A stretch of 34,060 nt of DNA from Phycisphaerae bacterium (GCA_035686585.1 DASRZG010000099.1:1-34060), one strand, 5' to 3'; shown: positions 8,974-23,212, numbered from the stretch's first letter. Numbers and translations are program-made. The notes: a model not told the origin generated them from the sequence alone.

Positions 8974-9396
8974 ATGGCGATGAAGGTCTCGAAGGTCCAG
9001 ATGTGGGTGACGGGCGTCCAGGACGTGCCGGGTGCGCTGGCGGCGAAGCTGCACGCGTTGGCGGAGGCGGGGGCGTCGCTGGAGTTCGTGCTCGCCCGGC
9101 GGACGCCGGAGAAGAAGGGCGAAGGCGTGGTCTTCCTCATCCCGCTGAAGGGCGCCAGGCAACTGGCCGCCGCCAGGAAGAACCGCGTCCGCAAGTCCAA
9201 GAGCATCCACGCCATTCGGGTGGAAGGCCCGGACAAGCGGGGCATGGGCGCCCGCATCTCCGGCGCGCTGGCCGAGGCCGGGATCAACATGCGGGGCCTG
9301 TCGGCGCTGGTGCTGGGGCGGAAGTTCGTCCTGTACCTGGCGCTGGACAGCGCCGCCGACGCCGCCCAGGCCGCCCGCGTGCTGGGGAAGATCTAG
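8974..9396 (+). CDS. ACT domain-containing (amino-acid-binding) protein
   Basis: ORF 8938..9396, trimmed to ATG 8974 (GGTGGAG 7 nt upstream). Two ACT-like beta-alpha-beta-beta-alpha-beta halves: VTGVQDVPGALAAKLHALAEAGASLEFV and VEGPDKRGMGARISGALAEAGINMRGL. Confidence 0.7.
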   Translation: MAMKVSKVQMWVTGVQDVPGALAAKLHALAEAGASLEFVLARRTPEKKGEGVVFLIPLKGARQLAAARKNRVRKSKSIHAIRVEGPDKRGMGARISGALAEAGINMRGLSALVLGRKFVLYLALDSAADAAQAARVLGKI

Positions 9397-9457
9397 CCGG
9401 GTACGCCGGAGCCAGGATCCGCGCGACGGCCCCGTTGGGTGGCACTCCCAAGCCTGC

Positions 9458-9488
9458 CCCGTCGGGGCCGCCGTCTGGCCCCGACGGG
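9458..9488 (+). terminator. 12-bp stem-loop after the ACT-domain gene
   Basis: CCCGTCGGGGCC (9458-9469), 7-nt loop, GGCCCCGACGGG (9477-9488). No U-tract. Confidence 0.5.
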
Positions 9489-9566
9489 ACAAGCTTGAGG
9501 GTGATCGGCCGTCCGTGAACCGTTGACGCCGCGCGGTCGGCTCGCCATACTGCCGGGACGCGAGCC

Positions 9567-11207
9567 ATGAAGATCGCCCTGGCACAGATCAATCCGACCG
9601 TCGGCGACGTGAACGGAAACCGCGACCGCATCGCCGAGGCCATCGGCCACGCCGCCGACGCCGGCGCCGAGCTGGTGGTCTTCGGCGAACTCGCCGTCGT
9701 GGGCTATCCCCCGCGCGACCTGCTCCGCCGCCCGCGCTTCGTCGACGCCTCCGTCCGGGCGGTCGAGCAGCTCGCCGCCCAATGCCGCGACATCGCGGCG
9801 CTGGTCGGGTTCGTCCGCCCCGCCGGGGAAGGCCCCGGCAGGCCGCTGGAGAACGCCGCCGCCCTGCTGGCCGGCGGGAAGGTGGCCACGGTCCACGTCA
9901 AGACGCTCCTGCCGACCTACGACGTGTTCGACGAGACGCGCTATTTCCGCCCCGGCCCCCTGCCGGCGCCGCTGGAGATCGCCGGCACCCGCGTCGGCGT
10001 GAGCATCTGCGAGGACCTGTGGGACCCCGAGGCCCTCGGGGTGCCGCTGTACGCCGAGGACCCCATCGCCAACCTTCGACAAGGCGGGGCCCGGATCATC
10101 GTCAACATGTCCGCCAGCCCGTTCCAACTGGGCAAGGTCCAGCGGCGCGAGGAGCTCGTCCGCCGCCAGGCCGCCCGCAGCGGCGCCGCCATCGTCTACG
10201 TCAACCAGGTCGGCGGCAACGACGAGTTGATCTTCGACGGCTTCAGCGCCGCCGTGGCCGCCGACGGCACGCTGCTGGGGCGGGCGAAGGGATTCGAGGA
10301 GGACCTGCTGATCGTGGACACCGCCGGCCCGGCCGGCCGATGCGAGCCGGTCGACGAGGCCATGGACCGGTTGGCCGCCGCCCTCAGGCTGGGGCTGCGC
10401 GACTACGTCCGCAAGTGCGGGTTCCGGTCGGTGGTGCTGGGGCTTTCGGGCGGGATCGACTCGGCCGTGGTCGCCGTCCTGGCCGCCGAGGCCCTGGGGC
10501 CCGAGAACGTCCTGGCCCTGGCGATGCCGTCGCGATTCAGCAGCGATCACAGCCGGTCGGACGCGGCCGAGCTGGCAAGCCGCCTGGGCATCGGCTTCCA
10601 GCAGGTGCCGATCGGAGCGGTGCACGACGCCTACGAGCGCCTGTTCGACGAGCACCTGCCCGCCGACCGCCCGGGGACGACGGATGAGAACATCCAGGCC
10701 CGCATCCGCGGGGCGCTGGTGATGGCGTTCTCCAACGCCCTGGGGCACCTCCCGCTGGCGACGGGCAACAAGAGCGAGCTGGCCACCGGCTATTGCACGC
10801 TGTACGGCGACATGAACGGCGGGCTCAGCGTCATCGGCGACGTGCCGAAGACCACCGTGTACGCCCTGGCGCGGCATCTCAACGAGCGGGCGGGGACCGA
10901 GCTGATCCCCGAGCGCACCCTCACCAAGCCGCCCAGCGCCGAGCTGAAGCCCGACCAGACCGACCAGGATTCCCTCCCCGAATACGCCGTGCTGGACGCC
11001 ATCCTCGCCCGGCACATCGAGGGCGAGCAGACCGCCGGCGAGATCATCGCCGCCGGATTCGACGAGGCGATCGTCCGCCGGGTGATCCGCATGGTCAGCC
11101 TGGCCGAGTACAAGCGCCGCCAGGCCGCCCCCGCCCTGAAGGTGACCGCCCGCGCCTTCGGCACCGGCCGGCGCCTCCCCATCGCGTGCAAGTGCGACGT
11201 GGACTGA
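9567..11207 (+). CDS. nadE: glutamine-dependent NAD+ synthetase
   Basis: 546 aa. N-terminal CN-hydrolase (glutaminase) domain MKIALAQINPTVGD...SICEDLW. C-terminal NAD synthetase with PP-loop LGLSGGIDSAVV. Confidence 0.95.
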   Translation: MKIALAQINPTVGDVNGNRDRIAEAIGHAADAGAELVVFGELAVVGYPPRDLLRRPRFVDASVRAVEQLAAQCRDIAALVGFVRPAGEGPGRPLENAAALLAGGKVATVHVKTLLPTYDVFDETRYFRPGPLPAPLEIAGTRVGVSICEDLWDPEALGVPLYAEDPIANLRQGGARIIVNMSASPFQLGKVQRREELVRRQAARSGAAIVYVNQVGGNDELIFDGFSAAVAADGTLLGRAKGFEEDLLIVDTAGPAGRCEPVDEAMDRLAAALRLGLRDYVRKCGFRSVVLGLSGGIDSAVVAVLAAEALGPENVLALAMPSRFSSDHSRSDAAELASRLGIGFQQVPIGAVHDAYERLFDEHLPADRPGTTDENIQARIRGALVMAFSNALGHLPLATGNKSELATGYCTLYGDMNGGLSVIGDVPKTTVYALARHLNERAGTELIPERTLTKPPSAELKPDQTDQDSLPEYAVLDAILARHIEGEQTAGEIIAAGFDEAIVRRVIRMVSLAEYKRRQAAPALKVTARAFGTGRRLPIACKCDVD

Positions 11208-11222
11208 GTGCTTCCCGCTCGC

Positions 11223-11285
11223 AGTTTAGCGGTCGCCGGTACGGCGACCTTCGGTGAAGGCGGTCGTACCGACCGCCGCTAAACT
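11223..11285. repeat. 63-nt imperfect palindrome between nadE and tadA, with arms ending in GTTTAGCGG
   Basis: AGTTTAGCGG (11223-11232) pairs perfectly with CCGCTAAACT (11276-11285). Inner stem CGGTACGG/CGTACCG. The outer arm resembles box 1 of the bipartite motif (GC[A/G]GTTTAGCG). Confidence 0.55.
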
Positions 11286-11321
11286 TCAGTGAACCCGGAA
11301 CCCAGGCGAGGAAATGAGACC

Positions 11322-11789
11322 ATGTCAATGGACCCGGAGTTTCTGATCCGCGCCGCGATGGAGCAGGCGACGCTGGCCGAGGCCGAGGGCGACGTGCCCA
11401 TCGGCGCGGTAATCGCCCGCGAGGGCGTGGTGATCGCCGCCGCCGGCAACCGGCGGATCGTCGACGCCGACCCGACCGCCCACGCCGAGATGCTCGCCAT
11501 CCGCGCCGCCACCAAGGCCGTCGGCGACTGGCGGCTCACCGGCTGCACCCTCGCCGTCACACTCGAGCCCTGCTGCATGTGCGCCGGGGCGATCGTCCTG
11601 GCGCGGATCGACCGGCTGATCTACGGCGCCGCCGACCCCAAGGCCGGGGCGGTCCGCACCCTCTACTCGATCTGCTCCGACGGCCGGCTCAACCACCAGG
11701 TCGAGGTCGTAAGCGGGGTGCTCGCCGACGAGTGCGGCGCCCTGCTGATGGAGTTCTTCCGCCGGCAGAGGGAGTTGGGCAAGAAGTAG
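11322..11789 (+). CDS. tadA: tRNA adenosine(34) deaminase
   Basis: ORF 11289..11789 starts at a GTG inside a hairpin; I prefer ATG 11322 (GAGGAAA upstream). Zinc motifs HAEMLAIR and LEPCCMCAGAI are present, and the size matches TadA. Confidence 0.9.
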   Translation: MSMDPEFLIRAAMEQATLAEAEGDVPIGAVIAREGVVIAAAGNRRIVDADPTAHAEMLAIRAATKAVGDWRLTGCTLAVTLEPCCMCAGAIVLARIDRLIYGAADPKAGAVRTLYSICSDGRLNHQVEVVSGVLADECGALLMEFFRRQRELGKK

Positions 11790-12379
11790 TCAGGCGTCGG
11801 AGAACTTCTCCGACGTGAACACGTACACCTTCGCCGTCCCGTCCCGCCAGGCGTCGGGGCCCATTCCGGCCTTGCCGGCGCAGCATTCGGAGAGGAACTG
11901 CTCCTTGGTCCAGCCGGTCTCCGTGGCCACCTCGGGCAGGAAGCACCCGCTGGCCCCGCCGGCGACGACGTAGATGCCGTGGACGCCCAGCTCGATGGCC
12001 AGCGGGTCGTCGATCGGCTCCAGCTCGCTCAGCACCGACACCCCCACCGTCAGCGCGTCCACCTCGCCGGCGGTGATGGGGTTGTAGTAGATGAACCGCG
12101 GGTCCGTCGCCGCCGCGGCCGCCATCTCGACGATCTCCTCCCCCAGCGGCCTGGCCGGATCGAAGGTGCCGATGCAACCCCGCAGGCGCCCCCGGTTGGT
12201 CAGCGTCACGAAGCATCCGCGCCGCTCGCCCAGCGTGCCTTCGACCACGGGCCGGGGGCGGCGCCCCTTGCCCACCGTGGCCGCGACCGATTCCCGCGCC
12301 AATCCCAGCAGCGTGTTCCGCTCGTTTTCCGTCAGCGCCATGGCGGCATCTCCCGAATTCCCCTCCGCTTCCTCGCCCA

Positions 12380-12380
<1 letters not shown>
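11790..12380 (-). CDS. AMMECR1 domain protein (AmmeMemoRadiSam system protein A-like)
   Basis: Only the last 196 aa of ORF 11790..14258 are real. The ATG at 12380-12378 overlaps the carB TGA (ATGA). The signature RRGCFVTLTNRGRLRGCIGT...GASGCFLPEV is AMMECR1. An alternative start is ATG 12341 (MALTENE). Confidence 0.85.
11795..11815. terminator. 8-bp hairpin embedded in the 3' end of the AMMECR1 CDS, 6 nt past the tadA stop
   Basis: CGTCGGAG (11795-11802), loop AACTT, CTCCGACG (11808-11815). The tadA and AMMECR1 stop codons abut (TAG|TCA at 11787-11792), so this is the only place a tadA terminator could sit. Confidence 0.4.
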
Positions 12381-15640
<3,260 letters not shown>

Positions 15641-15643
15641 TTG

Positions 15644-17287
<1,644 letters not shown>

Positions 17288-17297
17288 GGTCGTATCC

Positions 17298-18053
17298 TTA
17301 AGTCCTTACGTGCACGCCGCGCTGCCTCAAGTAGTCCTTTACCTCTCGGATGGAGTACTGCCCATAGTGGAAGATCGACGCCGCCAGGGCGGCGTCGGCC
17401 TTGCCTTCGGTCAGGGCGCGGTAGATGTCCTCGGGCCCGCCCGCCCCGCCGGAGGCGATCACCGGGATCGACACCGCGTCCGCCACGCGGGCGGTCAGCT
17501 CGCAGTCGTAGCCGGCCTTGTGCCCGTCGGCGTCGATGCTGGTCAGCAGGATCTCGCCCGCGCCAAGCCGCTCGACCTGGCGGGCCCATTCGATCGCGTC
17601 GATGCCCGTCGGCGTCGTGCCGGCGCCGACGTAGACCTCCCAGCTTTCGCCGGTCCGCAGCGCGTCCACCGCCACCACCACAGCCTGGTTGCCGAATGCC
17701 TCGGATCCTTCGGTGATCAGCTCGGGCGTTCGCACCGCCTGGGTGTTGATGGAGATCTTCTCCGCCCCCGCCTGCAGCAGCGCCCGGATGTCGTCCAGCG
17801 TCCGGATGCCCCCGCCGATGGCGTAGGGGATGAACACTTCCCGCCCCACCGCCGCCGCCAGCTTCCGCACCGTCTGGCGGACGTCCAGCGTGGCGGTGAT
17901 GTCCAGAAACACCAGCTCGTCCGCGCCCTCCTCGCTGTACCGCCGGCCGCACTCGACCGGATCGCCCGCGTCGCGGAGGTTGACGAAGGACGTACCCTTC
18001 ACCACCCTGCCGTTTTTCACGTCCAGACACGGGATGATCCGTTTGGCCAGCAT
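17298..18053 (-). CDS. hisF: imidazole glycerol phosphate synthase, cyclase subunit
   Basis: ORF 17298..18104 starts at a GTG that overlaps hisH; I trimmed it to ATG 18053. [20 protein letters not shown] is the canonical HisF start. Confidence 0.95.
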   Translation of the reverse strand: MLAKRIIPCLDVKNGRVVKGTSFVNLRDAGDPVECGRRYSEEGADELVFLDITATLDVRQTVRKLAAAVGREVFIPYAIGGGIRTLDDIRALLQAGAEKISINTQAVRTPELITEGSEAFGNQAVVVAVDALRTGESWEVYVGAGTTPTGIDAIEWARQVERLGAGEILLTSIDADGHKAGYDCELTARVADAVSIPVIASGGAGGPEDIYRALTEGKADAALAASIFHYGQYSIREVKDYLRQRGVHVRT

Positions 18054-18069
18054 CTCGTGGCACAGGTTT

Positions 18070-18693
18070 TCAACCTGTGCATTCACTCCTGTCACACAGC
18101 CCACAAAAGTTGCTCAGCATCCTCAGCCCCACCGGGCCCGACTTCTCCGGGTGAAACTGCGTCCCGAACACCATGCCCGACTGGATCACCGAGGCGAACC
18201 GGCGCCCGTACTCGGTCGTGCCGACCGCCGCGGCCCGCTCGCCCGGCACCACGTAATACGAGTGGGCGAAGTAGAAGAAGCTCTCGTCGGCGATGCCCTC
18301 CAGCAGCGGGCACGGGCCGTCCTGCCGCACCTGGTTCCATCCCATGTGCGGGACGGTCAGGTCCTCGCCGAACCGCACCACCTTGCCGGGGATGATGTCC
18401 AGCCCTTCGTGCGTGCCGTGCTCGGCGCTGACCGTCAGCAGCAATTGCTGGCCCAGGCAGATGCCCATGAAGGGCCTGCCGGACCCCGCCGCCTCCCGGG
18501 CCGCCTCCAGGAGGTTCCTCCGGCCGAACATCTCCATCGCCCGCCCGAACGCCCCGACTCCCGGCAGGATCACCCCGTCGGCCGAGAGGATCCGCTCCGG
18601 ATCACTCGTCAGCTCCGATGCGCGTTCAAGCCGGTCGAGGGCGTACTTGACGCTCTCGAGGTTGCCCAGGCCGTAATCGATGATCGCGATCAT
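18070..18693 (-). CDS. hisH: imidazole glycerol phosphate synthase, glutamine amidotransferase subunit
   Basis: 207 aa, [15 protein letters not shown]...GICLGQQLL...QFHPEKS, a class I GATase triad. Confidence 0.95.
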   Translation of the reverse strand: MIAIIDYGLGNLESVKYALDRLERASELTSDPERILSADGVILPGVGAFGRAMEMFGRRNLLEAAREAAGSGRPFMGICLGQQLLLTVSAEHGTHEGLDIIPGKVVRFGEDLTVPHMGWNQVRQDGPCPLLEGIADESFFYFAHSYYVVPGERAAAVGTTEYGRRFASVIQSGMVFGTQFHPEKSGPVGLRMLSNFCGLCDRSECTG

Positions 18694-18716
18694 TGCACAG
18701 ACTCAGCGCCCGGTCC

Positions 18717-20261
18717 TCACTCCCATTCAATCGTGCTGGGCGGCTTGGACGAGATGTCGTAGACCACCCGGTTGACGCCTTTGACTTCGTTGATGACGCG
18801 GGCGGACAGGCGGGCCATCAGTTCATACGGCAGGCGGACCCAGTCGGCGGTCATGCCGTCCAGGCTGGTCACTGCCCGGACCGCGACGGCGTTGTCATAG
18901 GTCCGCTCGTCGCCCATCACGCCGACGCTCTTGACCGGCAGCAGCACCGCGAAGGACTGCCACACGCTGTCGTAGCCGTCCCAGGACTCCATCTCCTCCC
19001 GGACGATCGCGTCGGCGGCCTGGAGCACGGCCACGCGCTCCGCCGTCACCGGCCCGACGATCCGCACCGCCAGCCCCGGGCCCGGGAAGGGCTGGCGGTT
19101 CACCAGCCGCTCCGGCAGGCCCAGCTCCCTGCCGAGCCGGCGGACCTCGTCCTTAAACAGCTCTCGCAGCGGCTCGATCAGCTCGAAGCCCAGCTTCTCC
19201 GGCAGCCCGCCGACGTTGTGATGGCTCTTGATCGTCGCCGACGGGCCTCCGGTGGCCGAGACGCTCTCGATCACGTCCGGATACAACGTGCCCTGGGCAA
19301 GGAACTTGAACTCGCCAAGCCGCCTCGCCTCGGCCTCGAAGACGTCGATGAACGTCTTGCCGATGATCTTCCGCTTCCGCTCGGGGTCCTCGACGCCCTC
19401 CAAAGCGCCCAGGAACTGCTCGCCGGCGTCGACGATCTTCAGGTTCAGCGGGTAGTCGCTGCCGAAGAACCGGCGGATCTCCTCGGCCTCGCCCGCTCGC
19501 AGCAGGCCGTTGTCGACGAACACCGCCGTCATCTTCTCGCCGATCGCCCCGGTCAACAGCGCCGCCACGACCGACGAGTCCACTCCGCCCGACAGGCCGC
19601 AGATCACCCGCGCATCGCCGACGCGCCGGCGGATGTCGGCCGTGGCCTCGGCGATGAAGTTGGCCATCGTCCACCCGCCCGAGCAGCCGCAGATGCGGAA
19701 CAGGAAGTTGCTCAGCACCTCCCTGCCGCGCGGCGTGTGGACCACCTCGGGGTGGAACTGCACGCCGAAGATCTTCCGGGCGGTGTTGCCCATGGCCCCG
19801 GCCCGGCAGTCGGCGGTGCCGGCCAGGTACCGAAATCCCCCCGGCAGGTCCACGACGCGGTCGCCGTGGCTCATCCACACGTCCAGCGTGGCCGGCAGGT
19901 CGGCGAACAACTCGTCGTGGTCCTCCACCGCCAGGACGGCCGGGCCGTATTCGCCGCCCTCGCGCCGCTCGACCGTCCCACCCAGCAGGCGGGAGATCAA
20001 CTGCATCCCATAGCAGATCCCCAGCACGGGGATGCCCAGCTCGAGGATGCCTCCGTCCATCGCGGGGGCGTTGGGGGCGTAGACGGACGCGGGCCCGCCG
20101 GACAGGACCAGGCCCATGGGCGCCGTCTGCCCGATCTGCTCCGCCGACAGGTCGTGCCGGACGATCTCGCAGTACACCCCCAGCTCCCGGATGCGGCGGG
20201 CGATGAGCTGGCTGTACTGCGAACCGAAATCGAGCACCAGGACTTCTTCGCGCTTGGCCAT
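18717..20261 (-). CDS. guaA: GMP synthase (glutamine-hydrolysing)
   Basis: 514 aa. N-terminal GATase [11 protein letters not shown]-PPase loop SGGVDSSV, C-terminus ...PPSTIEWE. Confidence 0.97.
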   Translation of the reverse strand: MAKREEVLVLDFGSQYSQLIARRIRELGVYCEIVRHDLSAEQIGQTAPMGLVLSGGPASVYAPNAPAMDGGILELGIPVLGICYGMQLISRLLGGTVERREGGEYGPAVLAVEDHDELFADLPATLDVWMSHGDRVVDLPGGFRYLAGTADCRAGAMGNTARKIFGVQFHPEVVHTPRGREVLSNFLFRICGCSGGWTMANFIAEATADIRRRVGDARVICGLSGGVDSSVVAALLTGAIGEKMTAVFVDNGLLRAGEAEEIRRFFGSDYPLNLKIVDAGEQFLGALEGVEDPERKRKIIGKTFIDVFEAEARRLGEFKFLAQGTLYPDVIESVSATGGPSATIKSHHNVGGLPEKLGFELIEPLRELFKDEVRRLGRELGLPERLVNRQPFPGPGLAVRIVGPVTAERVAVLQAADAIVREEMESWDGYDSVWQSFAVLLPVKSVGVMGDERTYDNAVAVRAVTSLDGMTADWVRLPYELMARLSARVINEVKGVNRVVYDISSKPPSTIEWE

Positions 20262-20263
20262 GC

Positions 20264-21418
20264 CTACGTCGCCGCCTCATCCATGTGTTTCACGAACCGG
20301 TCGAACAGGTACCGCGCGTCATGCGGGCCCGGGGACGCCTCCGGGTGGTACTGGACCGAAAAGACCGGCAGGTGACGATGCCGGATGCCTTCCAGGGTCT
20401 GGTCGTTGAGGTTGACGTGGGTGATCTCCACGTCATCGGCCGGCAGGGAGTCGATGTCGCCGCAGAACCCGTGGTTCTGTGTGGTGATGGCCACCTGACC
20501 CGTCGCCAGGTCCTTGACGGGATGGTTCGCCCCGTGATGGCCGAACTTGAGCTTGTAGGTCTTCCCGCCCAGCGCCAGCACCAGGATGTGCTGGCCCATG
20601 CAGATGCCGAAGATCGGCAGCGGTCTGCCTCGCGGGGGCTCGGCCATCAGGCGTTGGACGGTCTCGACCACGTTCCTCAGCGGCTCGGGGTCGCCCGGGC
20701 CGTTGGAGAGCATGATCCCGTCCGGGTCCATCTCGGCGATCTGCTGGTACGTGGTGGTCGAAGGCACCACGGTCACGTCGCAGGCCGCCGCCCGGAGCCT
20801 GCGGAGGATGCCGTACTTGACGCCCAGGTCCAGCACGGCCACGCGGCGGCGGGGTGCCGGGGGCGGGCCGGGGGCGTCCACGCCTTCGAGGTTGGGGTCG
20901 GCCTCGTTCCAGCCGTAGGGCTTCTCGCAGCTTACGTCGTGGTTGACCAGGTCGCGTCCCACCAGGCCCGGGGAGGCCTTGGCCTTGGCGACCATGCTGT
21001 CCGGGTCGAGGTCGGTGGTGCTGATGACGCCTTTGAGGGCGCCCTCGGTGCGGAGCCTCTTGGTCAGCTCGCGGGTGTCGACGCCCTCGATGCCGACGAC
21101 ACCGTGGGCCTTGAGATAGGCGTCCACGTCCATCTCGGACCGCCAGTTGGAGGTGATCCGGCTGAGCTCGCGGACGACGAAGCCCTCCAGCCAGATGGAC
21201 CGGCTCTCCGCGTCGGTGGGGTTGACGCCGTAGTTGCCGATCAGCGGGTAGGTCATGGCGACGATCTGCCCGCGATAGGACGGATCAGTCAACACCTCCT
21301 GGTAGCCGGTCATGGAGGTGTTGAAGACGACCTCGCCGTCCTGCTCGCCGTCGGCGCCGAAGGCCGTGCCCTCGAACACCGACCCGTCCTCCAGGGCCAG
21401 GATGGCCCGCCTCGTCAT
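20264..21418 (-). CDS. carA: carbamoyl-phosphate synthase small (glutaminase) subunit
   Basis: 384 aa, with [16 protein letters not shown] and [12 protein letters not shown]. Confidence 0.97.
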   Translation of the reverse strand: MTRRAILALEDGSVFEGTAFGADGEQDGEVVFNTSMTGYQEVLTDPSYRGQIVAMTYPLIGNYGVNPTDAESRSIWLEGFVVRELSRITSNWRSEMDVDAYLKAHGVVGIEGVDTRELTKRLRTEGALKGVISTTDLDPDSMVAKAKASPGLVGRDLVNHDVSCEKPYGWNEADPNLEGVDAPGPPPAPRRRVAVLDLGVKYGILRRLRAAACDVTVVPSTTTYQQIAEMDPDGIMLSNGPGDPEPLRNVVETVQRLMAEPPRGRPLPIFGICMGQHILVLALGGKTYKLKFGHHGANHPVKDLATGQVAITTQNHGFCGDIDSLPADDVEITHVNLNDQTLEGIRHRHLPVFSVQYHPEASPGPHDARYLFDRFVKHMDEAAT

Positions 21419-21500
21419 TGCGCACTCCTACAACTATAATTCCGGTGTGAGCTTAGCCCGTCCGACGCCTTCCTGCTCTTTGCGGGCCCGCGCCCGGTGA

Positions 21501-21562
21501 GGGCGGACCGCCTGAGGAGTTTCTGAATTGCCTGAGCAGTCTAGTAACTCCAGGTCCCGCCC
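21501..21562 (-). promoter_or_regulatory. long imperfect hairpin in the carA operon leader
   Basis: GGGCGGACC (21501-21509) pairs with GGTCCCGCCC (21553-21562), and GGAGTT (21516-21521) pairs with AACTCC (21546-21551). The interior holds a GCCTGAG direct repeat. It lies 83-144 nt upstream of the carA ATG. Confidence 0.35.
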
Positions 21563-21634
21563 ACAAATCTATTCTCATTCTAGTAGCCTGAAGTTCTGCT
21601 TATCCGCGGATCTGGTGGCGCGTGGGGATGTGAC

Positions 21635-21662
21635 TTGAAATCCCCCGCCCGGCCGCTACCAT
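21635..21662 (+). promoter_or_regulatory. candidate gnd promoter TTGAAA-16 nt-TACCAT
   Basis: Hexamers at 21635-21640 and 21657-21662, 43 nt upstream of the gnd ATG. Motif match only. Confidence 0.3.
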
Positions 21663-21704
21663 GCTCTGTGAACTTCGACGGGCGTACAGAAGGAGTAGGC
21701 ACAA

Positions 21705-23171
21705 ATGTCGGAAGCGGACATCGGATTGATCGGCCTGGCCGTCATGGGCCAGAATCTCGTCTTGAACATGAACGACAAGGGCTTCGCGGTGGCGGTGTTC
21801 AACCGGACCGTGAGCAAGGTGGACGACTTCATCGCCGGTCCGGCGGCGGGGCGGGAGACGATCATCGCCGCCCACTCCGTCGAGGAGCTGGTTTCCAAGC
21901 TCAAGCGCCCCCGCCGGGTGATGCTGCTGGTCAAGGCGGGCGAGGCCGTCGACGCCTTCATCGACAAGCTCCTGCCGCTGCTGGCCGACGGGGACATCAT
22001 CATCGACGGGGGCAACAGCAACTATAACGACACCATCCGCCGGACGAAGTACGTCGAGGAGCACGGCAAGCTCTACATCGGCACGGGCGTCTCCGGCGGC
22101 GAGGAGGGCGCCCGCCACGGGCCCAGCATGATGCCCGGCGGTTCTCCGGCCGCCTGGCCCCACGTCAAGGAGATCTTCCAGGCCGTCTGCGCCAAGGTCA
22201 CCGGCGCCGACGGGAAGGAAGAGGCCTGCTGCGACTGGGTCGGCGAGAACGGCGCCGGCCACTTCGTCAAGATGGTCCACAACGGCATCGAATACGGCGA
22301 CATGCAGCTCATCTGCGAGGCGTACCACCTGATGAGCGCCATCGGCATGACGGCGGCCGAGATGCACGAGGTGTTCAAGGAGTGGAACGAGGGCGAGCTG
22401 AACAGCTACCTCATCGAGATCACCCGCGACATCCTGGCCAAGACCGACCCGGAGACGGGCAAGCCCATGGTGGACGTGATCCTGGACACGGCCGGGCAGA
22501 AGGGCACGGGCAAGTGGACGGTGATCTCCGCCGCCGAGATGGGCATGCCGGTGACGCTGATCGGCGAGGCCGTGTTCGCCCGGTGCCTGTCGGCGCTGAA
22601 GGAGGAGCGCGTCGCCGCCGGCGAGAAGCTGCGCGGGCCCAAGGCCGCGTTCAAGGGCGACCGCGCCAAGTTCGTCAACGACGTCCGGGCGGCGCTGTAC
22701 GCCTCGAAGATCGTCTCGTACGCCCAGGGCTTCATGCTGCTGAGGGCGGCGGCGGCGGAGTACGGCTGGAACCTCAACTACGGCGGGATCGCCCTGATGT
22801 GGCGCGGCGGGTGCATCATCCGAAGCCAGTTCCTCGGGCACATCAAGGAGGCCTACAGCAAGCGGAAGCCCCCCGCCAACCTGATGCTGGCGCCCTTCTT
22901 CAAGACGGCGCTGCGGAAGGCGCAGACCTCCTGGCGGCGCGTGGTGACGCAGGCGGTCAAGCTGGGCGTGCCCGTTCCGGCGCTGGGCACGGCGTTGGCG
23001 TTCTACGACGGCTATCGCTCCGCCCGCCTGCCGGCCAACCTGCTCCAGGCCCAGCGGGACTACTTCGGCGCCCACACCTACGAGCGCGTGGACAAGCCCC
23101 GCGGTGAGTTCTTCCACACCAACTGGACCGGCACCGGCGGCGACACCACCGCCAGCACGTACATCGCCTAG
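21705..23171 (+). CDS. gnd: 6-phosphogluconate dehydrogenase (decarboxylating)
   Basis: 488 aa, MSEADIGLIGLAVMGQNLVLNM (Rossmann fold) and ...VHNGIEYGDMQLICEAY. AGAAGGAG lies upstream. Confidence 0.95.
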   Translation: MSEADIGLIGLAVMGQNLVLNMNDKGFAVAVFNRTVSKVDDFIAGPAAGRETIIAAHSVEELVSKLKRPRRVMLLVKAGEAVDAFIDKLLPLLADGDIIIDGGNSNYNDTIRRTKYVEEHGKLYIGTGVSGGEEGARHGPSMMPGGSPAAWPHVKEIFQAVCAKVTGADGKEEACCDWVGENGAGHFVKMVHNGIEYGDMQLICEAYHLMSAIGMTAAEMHEVFKEWNEGELNSYLIEITRDILAKTDPETGKPMVDVILDTAGQKGTGKWTVISAAEMGMPVTLIGEAVFARCLSALKEERVAAGEKLRGPKAAFKGDRAKFVNDVRAALYASKIVSYAQGFMLLRAAAAEYGWNLNYGGIALMWRGGCIIRSQFLGHIKEAYSKRKPPANLMLAPFFKTALRKAQTSWRRVVTQAVKLGVPVPALGTALAFYDGYRSARLPANLLQAQRDYFGAHTYERVDKPRGEFFHTNWTGTGGDTTASTYIA

Positions 23172-23204
23172 GGATTGTCGATTGGCGATTGTCGATTGAC
23201 GATT
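23170..23204 (+). repeat. heptamer tandem array (NNCGATT x5: GGGATT GTCGATT GGCGATT GTCGATT GACGATT)
   Basis: Five consecutive 7-nt units that overlap and immediately follow the gnd stop codon (TAG 23169-23171). Confidence 0.8.
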
Positions 23205-23212
23205 CCGGGTGC

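Noticed and set aside
21600-21608. TTATCCGCG, a DnaA-box-like 9-mer in the carA/gnd divergent region.
   Set aside because: It has two mismatches to TTATCCACA, including a conserved position. It is an isolated single copy with no AT-rich unwinding element, so chance occurrence is likely.
23170-23204. The heptamer arrays (here and at 32944-32971) as a possible CRISPR array or a coding heptad repeat.
   Set aside because: The units are 7 nt with no spacers, far too short for CRISPR. The arrays lie outside the best-supported CDS boundaries, and no cas genes are present.
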